Below are positions 1 through 8,653 of a stretch of DNA of 20,262 nucleotides, in pieces (position 1 is the stretch's first letter; each line of letters begins with the position of its first letter). Made by a program: the position numbers and the translations under genes. The notes below the pieces were generated by a model that was not told the DNA's origin, made no database searches, and worked only from the letters and a program-made list of their open reading frames with translations. Source of the DNA: an uncultured Candidatus Saccharibacteria bacterium (GTDB taxonomy: Bacteria > Patescibacteriota > Minisyncoccia > Phycocordibacterales > JAACPR01); the NCBI GenBank assembly GCA_964461185.1, contig CAYWTD010000007.1, forward strand, positions 1 to 20,262, written 5' to 3'.

Positions 1-657
1 CTTCAATTTCTTACCTTCTTCAATTTTTTCAACTTGTTTTTTTAGAAATTTAATATGCGGTGCGATTTCTTTTCTTAATGATTGAACCTGATTTATATTT
101 TCTTCTGTTTTAATTAATTTTCTTTCACTCTCTATTTTTTTATATTGGAAAATTTTAAGTCCAAGAGCGTCTTCAAGCATCGCTTTTCTTTCCTTTGGAC
201 TGGAATTCAAAATTCTATCCGCTTCGCCTTGGGAAATAATATGGTGACCGCTTGAACCAATGTTTGCCGAAGCCAAAAGTTCAATAATGTCTTTTAATCT
301 GACTTCTGAACCATTAATCAAATATTGATTTACTCCATCACGATGAACAATTCTTTCAAAAATAACATCGTCAAAATCAACTGGCAGAATTTTTTTTGAA
401 TTATTAAAAGTTAATTTAACTGCGGCTTTTGCCTGTTTTGGAATCGTGGGCGTACCGTTGAAAATTAAATCTTCACCTCTTTTGCCACGCATTGACTTGA
501 ATGATTGTTCGCCAAGAACAAAACGAAAGGCCTCGGCAATATTTGATTTTCCCGAACCATTTGGACCAACGATCGCCGAAATTGGAGAATTGAATTTTAA
601 GCTTGCCTTTTTGGCAAAAGATTTAAAACCTGAAATTTCTAATTCCTTTAAATACAT
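1..657 (-). CDS. smc: Chromosome segregation protein SMC, N-terminal part (gene runs off the window start)
   Basis: Reverse complement of 655..657 is ATG. Translation reads MYLKELEISGFKSFAKKASLKFNSPISAIVGPNGSGKSNIAEAFRFVLGEQS... (SMC head with Walker A GPNGSGKSN) and stays open to position 1. It lies downstream of rnc, as in the Bacillus rnc-smc arrangement. The plus-strand ORF 446..673 is its antisense shadow. Confidence 0.85.
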   Translation of the reverse strand, partial: MYLKELEISGFKSFAKKASLKFNSPISAIVGPNGSGKSNIAEAFRFVLGEQSFKSMRGKRGEDLIFNGTPTIPKQAKAAVKLTFNNSKKILPVDFDDVIFERIVHRDGVNQYLINGSEVRLKDIIELLASANIGSSGHHIISQGEADRILNSSPKERKAMLEDALGLKIFQYKKIESERKLIKTEENINQVQSLRKEIAPHIKFLKKQVEKIEEGKKLK

Positions 658-684
658 TAGTAGAATATTATAACAAAATTACGG

Positions 685-1389
685 CTATTTTGAAGAAACT
701 TCTTTTATTAAAACTTTTTGAGCGACATCCTGTTCAGCTTCTTGTTTTGACTTTCCTTCACCAAAATCAATTTCTTTATCACCATAATATAGCACCACAG
801 TGAATTTTTTATCGTGATCCGGCCCCTCTTCTTTTATTGTTTTATAAGTCGGAGTAATACTGTGTTTTTCCTGAACAACTTCTTGTAATTTACTTTTTGC
901 ATCAATCCAAGAACCTTTTTGAATGATATCTTCTAGACGACTCATCAAATTTTGATAAATAAATAATTTAGCAGCCTCATAACCTTGATCTAAATAAATA
1001 GCACCAATAACTGATTCAAAAGTATTCGCCAAAATATATTGTCTAGCTCGGCCCTTATCTTTTGCTTCACCTTTTGAAAGCAACAGATAATCATTAAACC
1101 CCAAATCATACGCGACATCAGAAATAGTTTGCGTGTTAACAAGAGAGGCGCGCAATGAAGTCAGGTCACCTTCTGTTTTATTTGGAAAACTGCGATAAAG
1201 ATAATCGGTTGTTGCAAGTTCCATGACCGCATCACCCAAAAATTCTAGTCTCTCGTTATGCTGTAAATTGCTGCCGCGATTTTCATTTAAAAATGAACGA
1301 TGAGTAAAAGCTTGTTTTAAAAGACCTTCATCATTAAAAGTAACGCCGATTTTCTCTGCTATTTTTTTGTAGTCTATTTTTGAATTCAA
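685..1389 (-). CDS. rnc: Ribonuclease III
   Basis: 234 aa. It carries the RNase III signature ERLEFLGDAVMEL, and the C-terminal dsRBD-like region ends in ...GEGKSKQEAEQDVAQKVL. It starts 10 bp downstream of the nusB-fusion stop, consistent with an operon. Confidence 0.95.
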   Translation of the reverse strand: MNSKIDYKKIAEKIGVTFNDEGLLKQAFTHRSFLNENRGSNLQHNERLEFLGDAVMELATTDYLYRSFPNKTEGDLTSLRASLVNTQTISDVAYDLGFNDYLLLSKGEAKDKGRARQYILANTFESVIGAIYLDQGYEAAKLFIYQNLMSRLEDIIQKGSWIDAKSKLQEVVQEKHSITPTYKTIKEEGPDHDKKFTVVLYYGDKEIDFGEGKSKQEAEQDVAQKVLIKEVSSK

Positions 1390-1399
1390 AGTCTAAATC

Positions 1400-2314
1400 T
1401 TATGATGTGGCAACTGATACATCGACCTCGGCAAGCTTTTTCACCGCTTTGGTTACTAAGGGCAGAATATCATCATAAAAATTAAGGTCAAGAATTTCAG
1501 AAAGTTTAAACCAACGCGCGTCATCAAGTCCCCCTGATTCACCAAGCTTTAATTCAGTATATTTTGAATTGGCCAAGAAATAAACAACCTGTTTTCTGTG
1601 CTGACCTTTTTCTGGATGATTTGCAACATATTCATTTTCTCCGATTTTTTCTACAATTTCGATATCAATTCCAAGTTCTTGTTTAATAGCTCTAATGGCG
1701 CCGTCCTCGTCAGATTCGTCTTTTTCTATTCCGCCTTTTGATAGAGTCCAGTGTCCAAAAACATCATGAACGAGCGCAATATAAATTTCATTATCAAGAA
1801 CTGAATAAATCACGGCGCCTGCCTTTTTCTCTATTGGCATTTCTTCAAAAGGAATATCACGACGTTTTTTTGGTTTGCCGTCATCTTTTCCTGGTTCACC
1901 AATTTCTTTATAAACAGCACCCAAAACTCCATTAACAAATTTACTGGATGATTCACCACCAAAAGTTTTTGCTAATTCAATGGCTTCATTAATCGCGACT
2001 TTTGAAGGAACCTCATCTCGATCAGAAAATAATAGTTCAGCTAAACCAATTCTTAAAATATTTCGATCAACAACAGAAATCTTATCAAGTGGCCAATCTG
2101 GCGCAGCCTTTGTAATAATTTTATCTAGATCAGATTTTTTACTTAAAACAGTCTCTACTAACTTCTTCATAAAAGGAGCGTCACTAATTCCAGGAGCGAA
2201 TTCCGTAGCGTTGCGTAAAATAGTATCATCAACCTCAAAGCCTAAACTATCTCTGAAATCCCATTCAAAGAGAGTTTGCAACACTATTGATCGTGAAAGG
2301 TGCCTATTCGCCAT
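1400..2314 (-). CDS. nusB: NusB transcription antitermination factor fused to a C-terminal NUDIX-fold domain
   Basis: The first ~140 aa are NusB-like: MANRHLSRSIVLQTLFEWDF..., VDRNILRIGLAELLF, KVAINEAIELAKTFGGESSSKFVNGVLGAVYKE. A Lys/Asp-rich linker follows. The C-terminal ~160 aa has a NUDIX-fold pattern with a Nudix-box-like stretch GGIEKDESDEDGAIRAIKQELGI, which reads GX5EX7R-A-U-x-Q-E-x-GU, i.e. it deviates from REUxEE at two acidic positions. It is a single uninterrupted ORF. Confidence 0.8.
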   Translation of the reverse strand: MANRHLSRSIVLQTLFEWDFRDSLGFEVDDTILRNATEFAPGISDAPFMKKLVETVLSKKSDLDKIITKAAPDWPLDKISVVDRNILRIGLAELLFSDRDEVPSKVAINEAIELAKTFGGESSSKFVNGVLGAVYKEIGEPGKDDGKPKKRRDIPFEEMPIEKKAGAVIYSVLDNEIYIALVHDVFGHWTLSKGGIEKDESDEDGAIRAIKQELGIDIEIVEKIGENEYVANHPEKGQHRKQVVYFLANSKYTELKLGESGGLDDARWFKLSEILDLNFYDDILPLVTKAVKKLAEVDVSVATS

Positions 2315-2374
2315 GTTTTTAAAATACTGAATAATTTTAACTTTTATTTATATAAAAGTAAAGATTAACAAAGA

Positions 2375-2398
2375 AAAAACCCGATCTTTTGAATCGAG
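2375..2398 (-). terminator. Possible weak intrinsic terminator after rpmF
   Basis: The minus strand reads aaCTCGATtcaaaagATCGGGttttt: a 6-bp stem with one G-U pair and a 7-nt loop, followed by a T-run. It sits between the rpmF stop and the nusB start. Confidence 0.35.
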
Positions 2399-2409
2399 TT
2401 TATCTTTAA

Positions 2410-2631
2410 TTATTTTTTGTCTTCCTTCTTTTCAACTTTTTTTGCTTTTTTAGCGAGCTTTTTGTTGACGTCAATTACTTGTCGACCTTTGTATGTTCCA
2501 GAGATTGGTGAAACTCTGTGGCGTAGTGATAAAGAACCGCCTTGATCACGAGTCATGGCTGGCTTACTTAATTTTATGTGTGCTCTTCTGTTTCCAGTGT
2601 GAGAGCTATTGCTGCGCATTCGTACTACCAT
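2410..2631 (-). CDS. rpmF: 50S ribosomal protein L32 (bL32)
   Basis: 73 aa. MVVRMRSNSSHTGNRRAH...GGSLSLRHRVSPISGTYKGRQVI matches the bL32 pattern (MAVQQNK.SRS.RGMRRSH...SGE.HLRHH.T.DG.YRGRKVI). It has a lysine-rich C-terminal tail. Confidence 0.85.
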   Translation of the reverse strand: MVVRMRSNSSHTGNRRAHIKLSKPAMTRDQGGSLSLRHRVSPISGTYKGRQVIDVNKKLAKKAKKVEKKEDKK

Positions 2632-2671
2632 AGTGAAAAGGAGTTTAGCAAAACTCTATTACAAAGGCAAG

Positions 2672-2698
2672 TAAAAAGCCGCAAACATTGTTTGCGGC
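2672..2698 (-). terminator. Rho-independent terminator for the 67-aa gene
   Basis: GCCGCAAAC-att-GTTTGCGGC is a perfect 9-bp GC-rich stem with a 3-nt loop. On the minus strand it is followed by UUUUU (A-run 2673..2677 on plus), 20 nt downstream of the stop at 2719. Confidence 0.75.
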
Positions 2699-2718
2699 GT
2701 GTTTCTGATTTTTAATAA

Positions 2719-2922
2719 TCAGAAAGTGAGAACGAAATCAGGATGCTCCGGAATCGGAACCAAGAGAACTTCGGGAGAAAGTTTCTTGTACAGCTCTGAT
2801 GATATTTTCACAATAATCATTTCGGAGTTCTCAAGAATGACAGAATCTTTGTCGCCGATGGTTTCCATCGCCTGCTTGACCTCGTCAAGAAGTTCCGGCG
2901 CCATAGTGGTATACATATTCAT
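2719..2922 (-). CDS. Small hypothetical protein, compositionally foreign; possible ribbon-helix-helix N-terminus
   Basis: 67 aa, MNMYTTMAPELLDEVKQAMETIGDKDSVILEN... The first ~30 residues fit a beta-strand/helix/helix pattern reminiscent of CopG/Arc/MetJ-type domains, which is a weak call. A strong SD (AGAGGA, 7 nt before the ATG) is present, whereas core genes lack SD. It has a dedicated GC-rich terminator, and hand-counted GC is roughly 48% in 60-nt samples against an AT-rich background. Confidence 0.55.
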   Translation of the reverse strand: MNMYTTMAPELLDEVKQAMETIGDKDSVILENSEMIIVKISSELYKKLSPEVLLVPIPEHPDFVLTF

Positions 2923-2991
2923 TAAATTTCCTCTTTAAAGATTATTTTAAGTTGCGATTCTTTTTTATATTAAAACATTTATTAATCTTTA

Positions 2992-3594
2992 TCAAACGGA
3001 TTTAATATTTTTACAAAAACTTTTTCGATGAACATCGCTTAAGCCGTATTTTTTTATCGCCTGTCGATGCGACAAAGTCCCATAACCTTTATGAATTTCC
3101 AAACCAAAATTTGGAAATTTCTCAGCCAGCGTTTTCATGTAATTGTCTCTCGTAACTTTCGCCACAATGGACGCCAAGGAAATTATTGGTTCTTTTTCGT
3201 CGCCCCGAATAATTGTTGTTTGGTTTTTAAATTTTGGCGGAGCAATCAATGAACCATCAAGTAAAATTTTGGCGCACGAATCCGTCTCTAACTCTCCCAA
3301 ACCATTTTCAACACATTTTTTAATAGCGACACTAATTCCTAATTTATCTATTTCGGCTGCGTTCATTGTTTGATATGAATAATTTAAAAATCCTTTTTTG
3401 CGCCAATTTTCTATTTTTTCAAACCACTCGTTTCTTTTTTTCTCTGAAAGTTTTTTAGAATCTCTTAACTTTTCCCTTCCTTCCATTTTTTTAAACTTTT
3501 CATAATTATGAAATGACATAGATAAAACGCACACAGAAACCGGCCCCGCGAGTGGGCCTCGTCCAACCTCATCTATACCGATTACAAATTCCAT
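2992..3594 (-). CDS. rnhB: Ribonuclease HII
   Basis: 200 aa. The N-terminal signature IGIDEVGRGPLAGPVSVCVL is diagnostic of RNase HII. The gene is divergent from dnaE across a 36-bp gap. Confidence 0.95.
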   Translation of the reverse strand: MEFVIGIDEVGRGPLAGPVSVCVLSMSFHNYEKFKKMEGREKLRDSKKLSEKKRNEWFEKIENWRKKGFLNYSYQTMNAAEIDKLGISVAIKKCVENGLGELETDSCAKILLDGSLIAPPKFKNQTTIIRGDEKEPIISLASIVAKVTRDNYMKTLAEKFPNFGLEIHKGYGTLSHRQAIKKYGLSDVHRKSFCKNIKSV

Positions 3595-3630
3595 AGTCTA
3601 ATATTAAAAATATTTTTGTGATTTAAACTT

Positions 3631-6600
3631 GTGCTTTATAATAACAGCATGAAGCCAGATTTCACACATCTCCATGTACATAGTCATTACAGTTTGTTAA
3701 ATGCCTTGCCGAAAATTCCCGAATTAGTTGGTCGAGCCAAAGAATATGGAATGAGCGCTTTGGCTATAACTGATAATGGAAATTTATACGGCGCGATTCC
3801 TTTTTACCAAGAATGTTTGGAAAATGAAATTAAACCAATAATTGGCGTTGATTTTTATGTAGCAAATAGAACTCGTCTTGATAAGGAAACGCGTGTTGAT
3901 ACTGCACGAACTCGACTAGTGTTACTCGCAAAAAATAAAGATGGATATAAAAATTTAATCAAGCTTGTCACCGATTCACATCTGGAAGGTTTTTATTATA
4001 AACCTCGTATCGACAAAGAATTAATTCAAAAATATCGAGAAGGTTTAATTTGTATTTCTCCGGCTTTTGGTGGAGAAGTTTCAAACGCTCTGCGAGTTAA
4101 TGATTTTTCCAAAGCCAAACAAACTATAAATTTTTATGAAGAACAGTATGGAAAAGAAAATGTTTTTATAGAAATTTGTCATCACCCAGAAATTGAAGGG
4201 TTCGACGAATTAACACAAAAAATAAAAACTTTTACCAAAGAAAATAATTTTCAATTAGTTGCCACTCAGGACATCTATTACATGAATAAAGATGATAAAG
4301 AAGCAAGAAGAACTTTATTATCTGTTCAATCAAGTTTTGGCGGCAATGACTCTTCCTTTATACGGGACAATGCTGATTTTTCTTTTATTGGACCTGAAGA
4401 AATTGCCGAGCTATTCAAAGATGAACCTGAGGCAATTTCCAATACAAAAAAAATTGTTGATGCGTGCAATCTGGAAATTGAAATTGGCAAATGGAAATTT
4501 CCAAATTTTAAAATTGAAAGCGGTTTAAATCCTGATGAAGAATTGCGACGTCTGGCTTATTTAGGAATTCCGTTTAGAGAAATGAAAGAAACGAAAATAT
4601 TAACGGATAGAATAGAATATGAACTTGAAATTATTAAAACCAAAGGATATTCAAAATATTTTTTGGCCGTTGCTGATTTTTTGCGCGCAGCGCGTGAAAA
4701 AGGAATTTTAAGTAATACCAGAGGTTCCGCAGCCGGATCTCTTGTTTCTTACCTAGTTGGTATTACAACAGTTGATCCAATAAAATTAAATTTACCCTTT
4801 GAACGTTTTCTAAATCCAGAACGTCCGTCTGCTCCCGATATTGATATGGACATCGCCGATGATCGTCGTGATGAATTATTGGATTATGTTCGAGAAAAAT
4901 ACGGCAAAGATCATGTTGCTCAGATTGGAACTTTTGGGACTATGATGGCGCGAGGTTCTGTTCGTGATACCGCACGTGCGATGGAATATGAAGTCAGTGT
5001 TGCTGATCGAATTGCAAAATTAATTCCGATGGGAAAACAAGGTTTTCCTATGACTATTGATCGCGCATTAGAAGAAGTTCCAGAATTAGCAGCGATGTAT
5101 AAATCTGAAGTAGACACAAAAAAAATTCTGGACATGGCAAGAAAAATTGAGGGTTGTGCTCGTCACATCGGCGTTCATGCTGCAGGTGTTGTTATTTCTC
5201 CTGACCCACTAACAGATGATGTTCCACTGCAATTTGATCCAAAAGGTGAAGATAAATTAATCACTCAATACGACATGTATTCTGTTGGCGAAGACGGAAT
5301 TGGTCTTCTTAAATTTGATTTTCTTGGATTAAAAAATCTGACTATTATGGCTGATACTCTGCGAAGAGTTGAAATTATTCACAACATTAAAATAAATGTT
5401 GATAAAATTCCAATCGATGACATAAAAACTTTTGAAATGTTGGCCAAGGGTGAAACAGCTGCAACATTTCAATTGAATGGCCAAGGAATGACTAGATTTT
5501 TGAAAGAACTTAAACCATCAAACATAAACGACATCAACGCTATGGTGGCACTGTACCGTCCAGGTCCTATGGCTTTTATTCCAGATTATATTGAAAGAAA
5601 ACATAATCCACAGAAAGTAAAATATTTGGATGAAAGATTTAAAGAAATTTTGGAACCTACTTTTGGAATTTTAATTTACCAGGATGACATCATGATGATC
5701 GCCGTAAAATTTGCTGGTTATTCATGGGGCGAAGCTGACAAATTCAGAAAAGCCATGGGAAAGAAAATTCCAGAGATAATGGCCGCTCAAAAAGAAAAAT
5801 TTTCTGATGGTTGTAAAAAACACAGCGGTTTGACTGATACACAAGTTAAAAAACTTTGGGAATCAATCGAAACTTTTGCTGCCTACGGATTCAACAAAGC
5901 CCATGCGGCAAGTTATGGTCGAATTGCCTATTTAACTTCTTATCTAAAAGCCAATTATCCAGCAATTTACATGGCATCGGTCCTGACGGCTGATTCAGGC
6001 GATGTTGAAAAAATTGCGGAAATGATTGAAGAAACAAAACGCATGAACATCGAAGTTCTTCCACCAGATATCAACGAAAGTTTTGCAGACTTTACAGCGA
6101 TCATCGATAAAACTGAAACAAAAAAAAATAAAATTCGTTTTGGATTAACGACAATAAAGAATTTTGGTGACGGAATTGCTCACACAATTATTCACGAAAG
6201 AAAGAAAAACGGTCCATTTGCGACATTAGAAGATTTCCTACATCGAATTAATGACAGAAATTTAAATAAAAAATCACTAGAGGCACTAATTAAAGCCGGT
6301 GCAATGGATAAATTCCATGACCGCGGTGAATTACTGGGAAATCTAGAAGAACTTTTACATTATGCAAAAGAAATTAATGGCGGGTCAACCAGTCAAAATT
6401 CCCTTTTCTTTGGATCAACAATTTCTCTACCAAAATTAAAACTTAAAAAAACAGAACCGATTAGCGAATCAGAAACTCTTTCTTGGGAAAAGGAATTGCT
6501 TGGTTTATATATTTCAGGACATCCACTAAATAAATTTAAAGAAAAGTTAGCAAAAGGTTCTCCAATAAAAAATATCAAAGCAAAATTAAAACCCGGAATG

Positions 6601-6840
6601 ACAACTATTACCGCTGGACACGTTGATGATGTTCGAATAATTAGAACAAAAAATAACAGCGAAATGGCTTTTGTAAAAATCAGTGATTTAACTGACAAAA
6701 TAGAGGTCGTAGTCTTTCCAAAAACTTTTGAAAAATATAAAGAATTCCTTATTTCAGAAAAATGTATCGCTATCAAAGGAAAACTTTCTGATAGAAATGG
6801 AGAATTCAGCATTCTCGCTGACGCAATCAAAGAACTTTAA
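3631..6840 (+). CDS. dnaE: DNA polymerase III alpha subunit
   Basis: 1069 aa. It has the PHP domain start FTHLHVHSHYSLLNA, the conserved polymerase core (GVHAAGVVIS, FDFLGLKNLT) and a C-terminal OB-fold. The true start may be the internal Met at 3649 (MKPDFTHLHVHS), which aligns better with DnaE N-termini. Confidence 0.95.
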   Translation: MLYNNSMKPDFTHLHVHSHYSLLNALPKIPELVGRAKEYGMSALAITDNGNLYGAIPFYQECLENEIKPIIGVDFYVANRTRLDKETRVDTARTRLVLLAKNKDGYKNLIKLVTDSHLEGFYYKPRIDKELIQKYREGLICISPAFGGEVSNALRVNDFSKAKQTINFYEEQYGKENVFIEICHHPEIEGFDELTQKIKTFTKENNFQLVATQDIYYMNKDDKEARRTLLSVQSSFGGNDSSFIRDNADFSFIGPEEIAELFKDEPEAISNTKKIVDACNLEIEIGKWKFPNFKIESGLNPDEELRRLAYLGIPFREMKETKILTDRIEYELEIIKTKGYSKYFLAVADFLRAAREKGILSNTRGSAAGSLVSYLVGITTVDPIKLNLPFERFLNPERPSAPDIDMDIADDRRDELLDYVREKYGKDHVAQIGTFGTMMARGSVRDTARAMEYEVSVADRIAKLIPMGKQGFPMTIDRALEEVPELAAMYKSEVDTKKILDMARKIEGCARHIGVHAAGVVISPDPLTDDVPLQFDPKGEDKLITQYDMYSVGEDGIGLLKFDFLGLKNLTIMADTLRRVEIIHNIKINVDKIPIDDIKTFEMLAKGETAATFQLNGQGMTRFLKELKPSNINDINAMVALYRPGPMAFIPDYIERKHNPQKVKYLDERFKEILEPTFGILIYQDDIMMIAVKFAGYSWGEADKFRKAMGKKIPEIMAAQKEKFSDGCKKHSGLTDTQVKKLWESIETFAAYGFNKAHAASYGRIAYLTSYLKANYPAIYMASVLTADSGDVEKIAEMIEETKRMNIEVLPPDINESFADFTAIIDKTETKKNKIRFGLTTIKNFGDGIAHTIIHERKKNGPFATLEDFLHRINDRNLNKKSLEALIKAGAMDKFHDRGELLGNLEELLHYAKEINGGSTSQNSLFFGSTISLPKLKLKKTEPISESETLSWEKELLGLYISGHPLNKFKEKLAKGSPIKNIKAKLKPGMTTITAGHVDDVRIIRTKNNSEMAFVKISDLTDKIEVVVFPKTFEKYKEFLISEKCIAIKGKLSDRNGEFSILADAIKEL

Positions 6841-6882
6841 AAAATTTACAGATTCCTTATTTTCAGGCATAATTCTCTCTGT

Positions 6883-8613
6883 ATGAACACAGAAGACAAA
6901 ATGTTTAATGTCCGTCATTCTTTGGCCCATTTATTAGCAATGGAGGTTTTGAAATTTGATCCAAAAGCCAAATTAGCGATCGGCCCAGTAATTGAAAATG
7001 GTTTTTATTACGATTTTGATTTTAGCGAAGGAAAAACTCCGACTGAAAAAGATTTAAAAGATTTTCAAAAAGGAATAAAAAAACTAACTAATAAAAAGTT
7101 AGAATTTATTAAAGAAGAAATTTCTGAAAAAGACGCTCGTGAACTTTTCAAAGATAACGAATATAAAATTGAATTAATTGATGAACTTGTAAAAGATGGC
7201 AAACAATTATCGATTTATAAAACTGGCGATTTTGTTGATTTGTGTTCAGGTCCTCATATAAATACTACTGACGAAGTTAACGCTGACGCTTTTGAAATTA
7301 CAAAATTGGCTGGCGCTTATTGGCGTGGAGATGAAAAAAATAAAATGTTAACCAGAATTTATGGTTTAGCATTTGAAACAGAAGGAGAATTAGAGGATTA
7401 TAAAAAGAAGATGGCCGAAGCTGCAGAACGAGACCATCGAAAAATTGGAAAAGAAATGAATTTGTTTACTTTTTCTGATTTAGTTGGAGCAGGTCTACCA
7501 CTCTTTACTCCAAAAGGAACTGCTTTGCGAAATGCTTTGAAAAATAGACTTTTTGAAATTTCTTCTCGTTACGATATGCAAGAAGTTACAATTCCTCATT
7601 TAGCAAAAAGAAAATTATATGAAATTTCTGGACACGCTGATAAATTTGCTGATGAACTTATAAGAGTTGTTAGTCATTATGACGAGTTTGTTTTGAAACC
7701 AGTAAACTGTCCTCATCACACTCAGATTTATGCTTCTATTCCACGCAGTTACAAAGATTTGCCAGTTCGATTAATGGAGTCAACGATGCAATATCGTGAT
7801 GAAATGCCGGGAGAAATTGGTGGTTTAACCAGAGTTCGATCAATTACTTGTGATGATGGCCATATTTTCTGTACACCAGAACAAATAAAAGATGAAGTAA
7901 AAAATATTGCAAAAATTATCGAAGAATTTTATACAGACATCGGTTTATTTGGTACACACTGGGTTTCTCTATCTGTTCGTGATTATAAACATCCAGAAAA
8001 ATATATTGGCACGAGCGAAGTTTGGGACAAAGCAGAAAAAACTTTGGCGGAAATTTCTGATGAACTTGAATTAAACGCTAAAACAATTGAAGGTGAAGCG
8101 GCTTTGTATGGTCCAAAATTGGATTATATGTTCAAGGATTCACTAGGCAGAGAAAGACAGTTAGCAACGATCCAATTGGATTTCAATATGCCAGGACGAT
8201 TTGGTTTGGAATATACAGATAAAGACGGTCAGAAAAAAGCTCCTGTTATGATTCATCGAGCTATTTTGGGTTCATACGAAAGATTCTTGGCGATATTAAT
8301 CGAACATTTCGCTGGAAACTTTCCATATTGGATGGCGCCAGTTCAAGTTAAAGTTTTACCTGTTGGTGAATCTCATAATGAGAAATCAACTGAACTTTAT
8401 GAAGAATTAAAACATAGAAAAATTCGTGTTGAGTTAGAAAATTCTGATGAAGGTTTTGGTAAAAAAGTAAGAAAAGCTAAAGTTGAAAAAGTTCCTTACT
8501 TTATTGTCATCGGAGATAAAGAGATTGCCGAAAATAAATTTACGCTAGAAAGTCGTGATAAAGGAAATCTTGGGGTCTTTGATTTAGAAAATCTACTGAA
8601 AGAATTGAAATAA
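6883..8613 (+). CDS. thrS: Threonyl-tRNA synthetase (short form lacking the N-terminal TGS domain)
   Basis: 576 aa. It begins in the editing/second additional domain (HSLAHLLAMEV...GPVIENGFYYDFDF). The class II core shows the HRAILGS motif region and the zinc-site CPHH, and an anticodon-binding C-terminus is present. Confidence 0.95.
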   Translation: MNTEDKMFNVRHSLAHLLAMEVLKFDPKAKLAIGPVIENGFYYDFDFSEGKTPTEKDLKDFQKGIKKLTNKKLEFIKEEISEKDARELFKDNEYKIELIDELVKDGKQLSIYKTGDFVDLCSGPHINTTDEVNADAFEITKLAGAYWRGDEKNKMLTRIYGLAFETEGELEDYKKKMAEAAERDHRKIGKEMNLFTFSDLVGAGLPLFTPKGTALRNALKNRLFEISSRYDMQEVTIPHLAKRKLYEISGHADKFADELIRVVSHYDEFVLKPVNCPHHTQIYASIPRSYKDLPVRLMESTMQYRDEMPGEIGGLTRVRSITCDDGHIFCTPEQIKDEVKNIAKIIEEFYTDIGLFGTHWVSLSVRDYKHPEKYIGTSEVWDKAEKTLAEISDELELNAKTIEGEAALYGPKLDYMFKDSLGRERQLATIQLDFNMPGRFGLEYTDKDGQKKAPVMIHRAILGSYERFLAILIEHFAGNFPYWMAPVQVKVLPVGESHNEKSTELYEELKHRKIRVELENSDEGFGKKVRKAKVEKVPYFIVIGDKEIAENKFTLESRDKGNLGVFDLENLLKELK

Positions 8614-8618
8614 TAAAA

Positions 8619-8647
8619 ATGACTCGCGAAAGCGAGTCATTTTGTTT
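8619..8647. terminator. Bidirectional intrinsic terminator shared by convergent thrS (+) and the 168-aa gene (-)
   Basis: ATGACTCGC-gaaa-GCGAGTCAT is a perfect 9-bp stem with a GNRA tetraloop. It is flanked by AAAAA upstream and TTTGTTT downstream, so both strands read hairpin plus U-run. The thrS stop is at 8611..8613 and the minus-strand gene stop at 8654. Confidence 0.8.
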
Positions 8648-8653
8648 CCCAGA

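Noticed and set aside
446-673. 75-aa plus-strand ORF
   Set aside because: It is the antisense shadow of the smc N-terminus, whose minus-strand translation is an unmistakable SMC head. It has no SD and a low-complexity product.
1738-2330. Two plus-strand ORFs (65 and 116 aa) inside the nusB-NUDIX gene
   Set aside because: They are antisense to a gene with clear NusB and NUDIX homology. Their products are low-complexity, Ser/Phe/Leu-rich, and typical of AT-rich antisense frames.
2699-2938. 79-aa plus-strand ORF opposite the 67-aa gene
   Set aside because: It has no SD, its start lies inside the terminator hairpin, and its product is Ser-rich low complexity. The minus-strand gene has an SD, a terminator and protein-like composition.
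3067-6830. Small ORFs inside or antisense to rnhB and dnaE (3067..3252, 3143..3373, 4292..4528, 4920..5135, 6393..6830)
   Set aside because: They are fully embedded in genes with strong homology support and have no independent signals.
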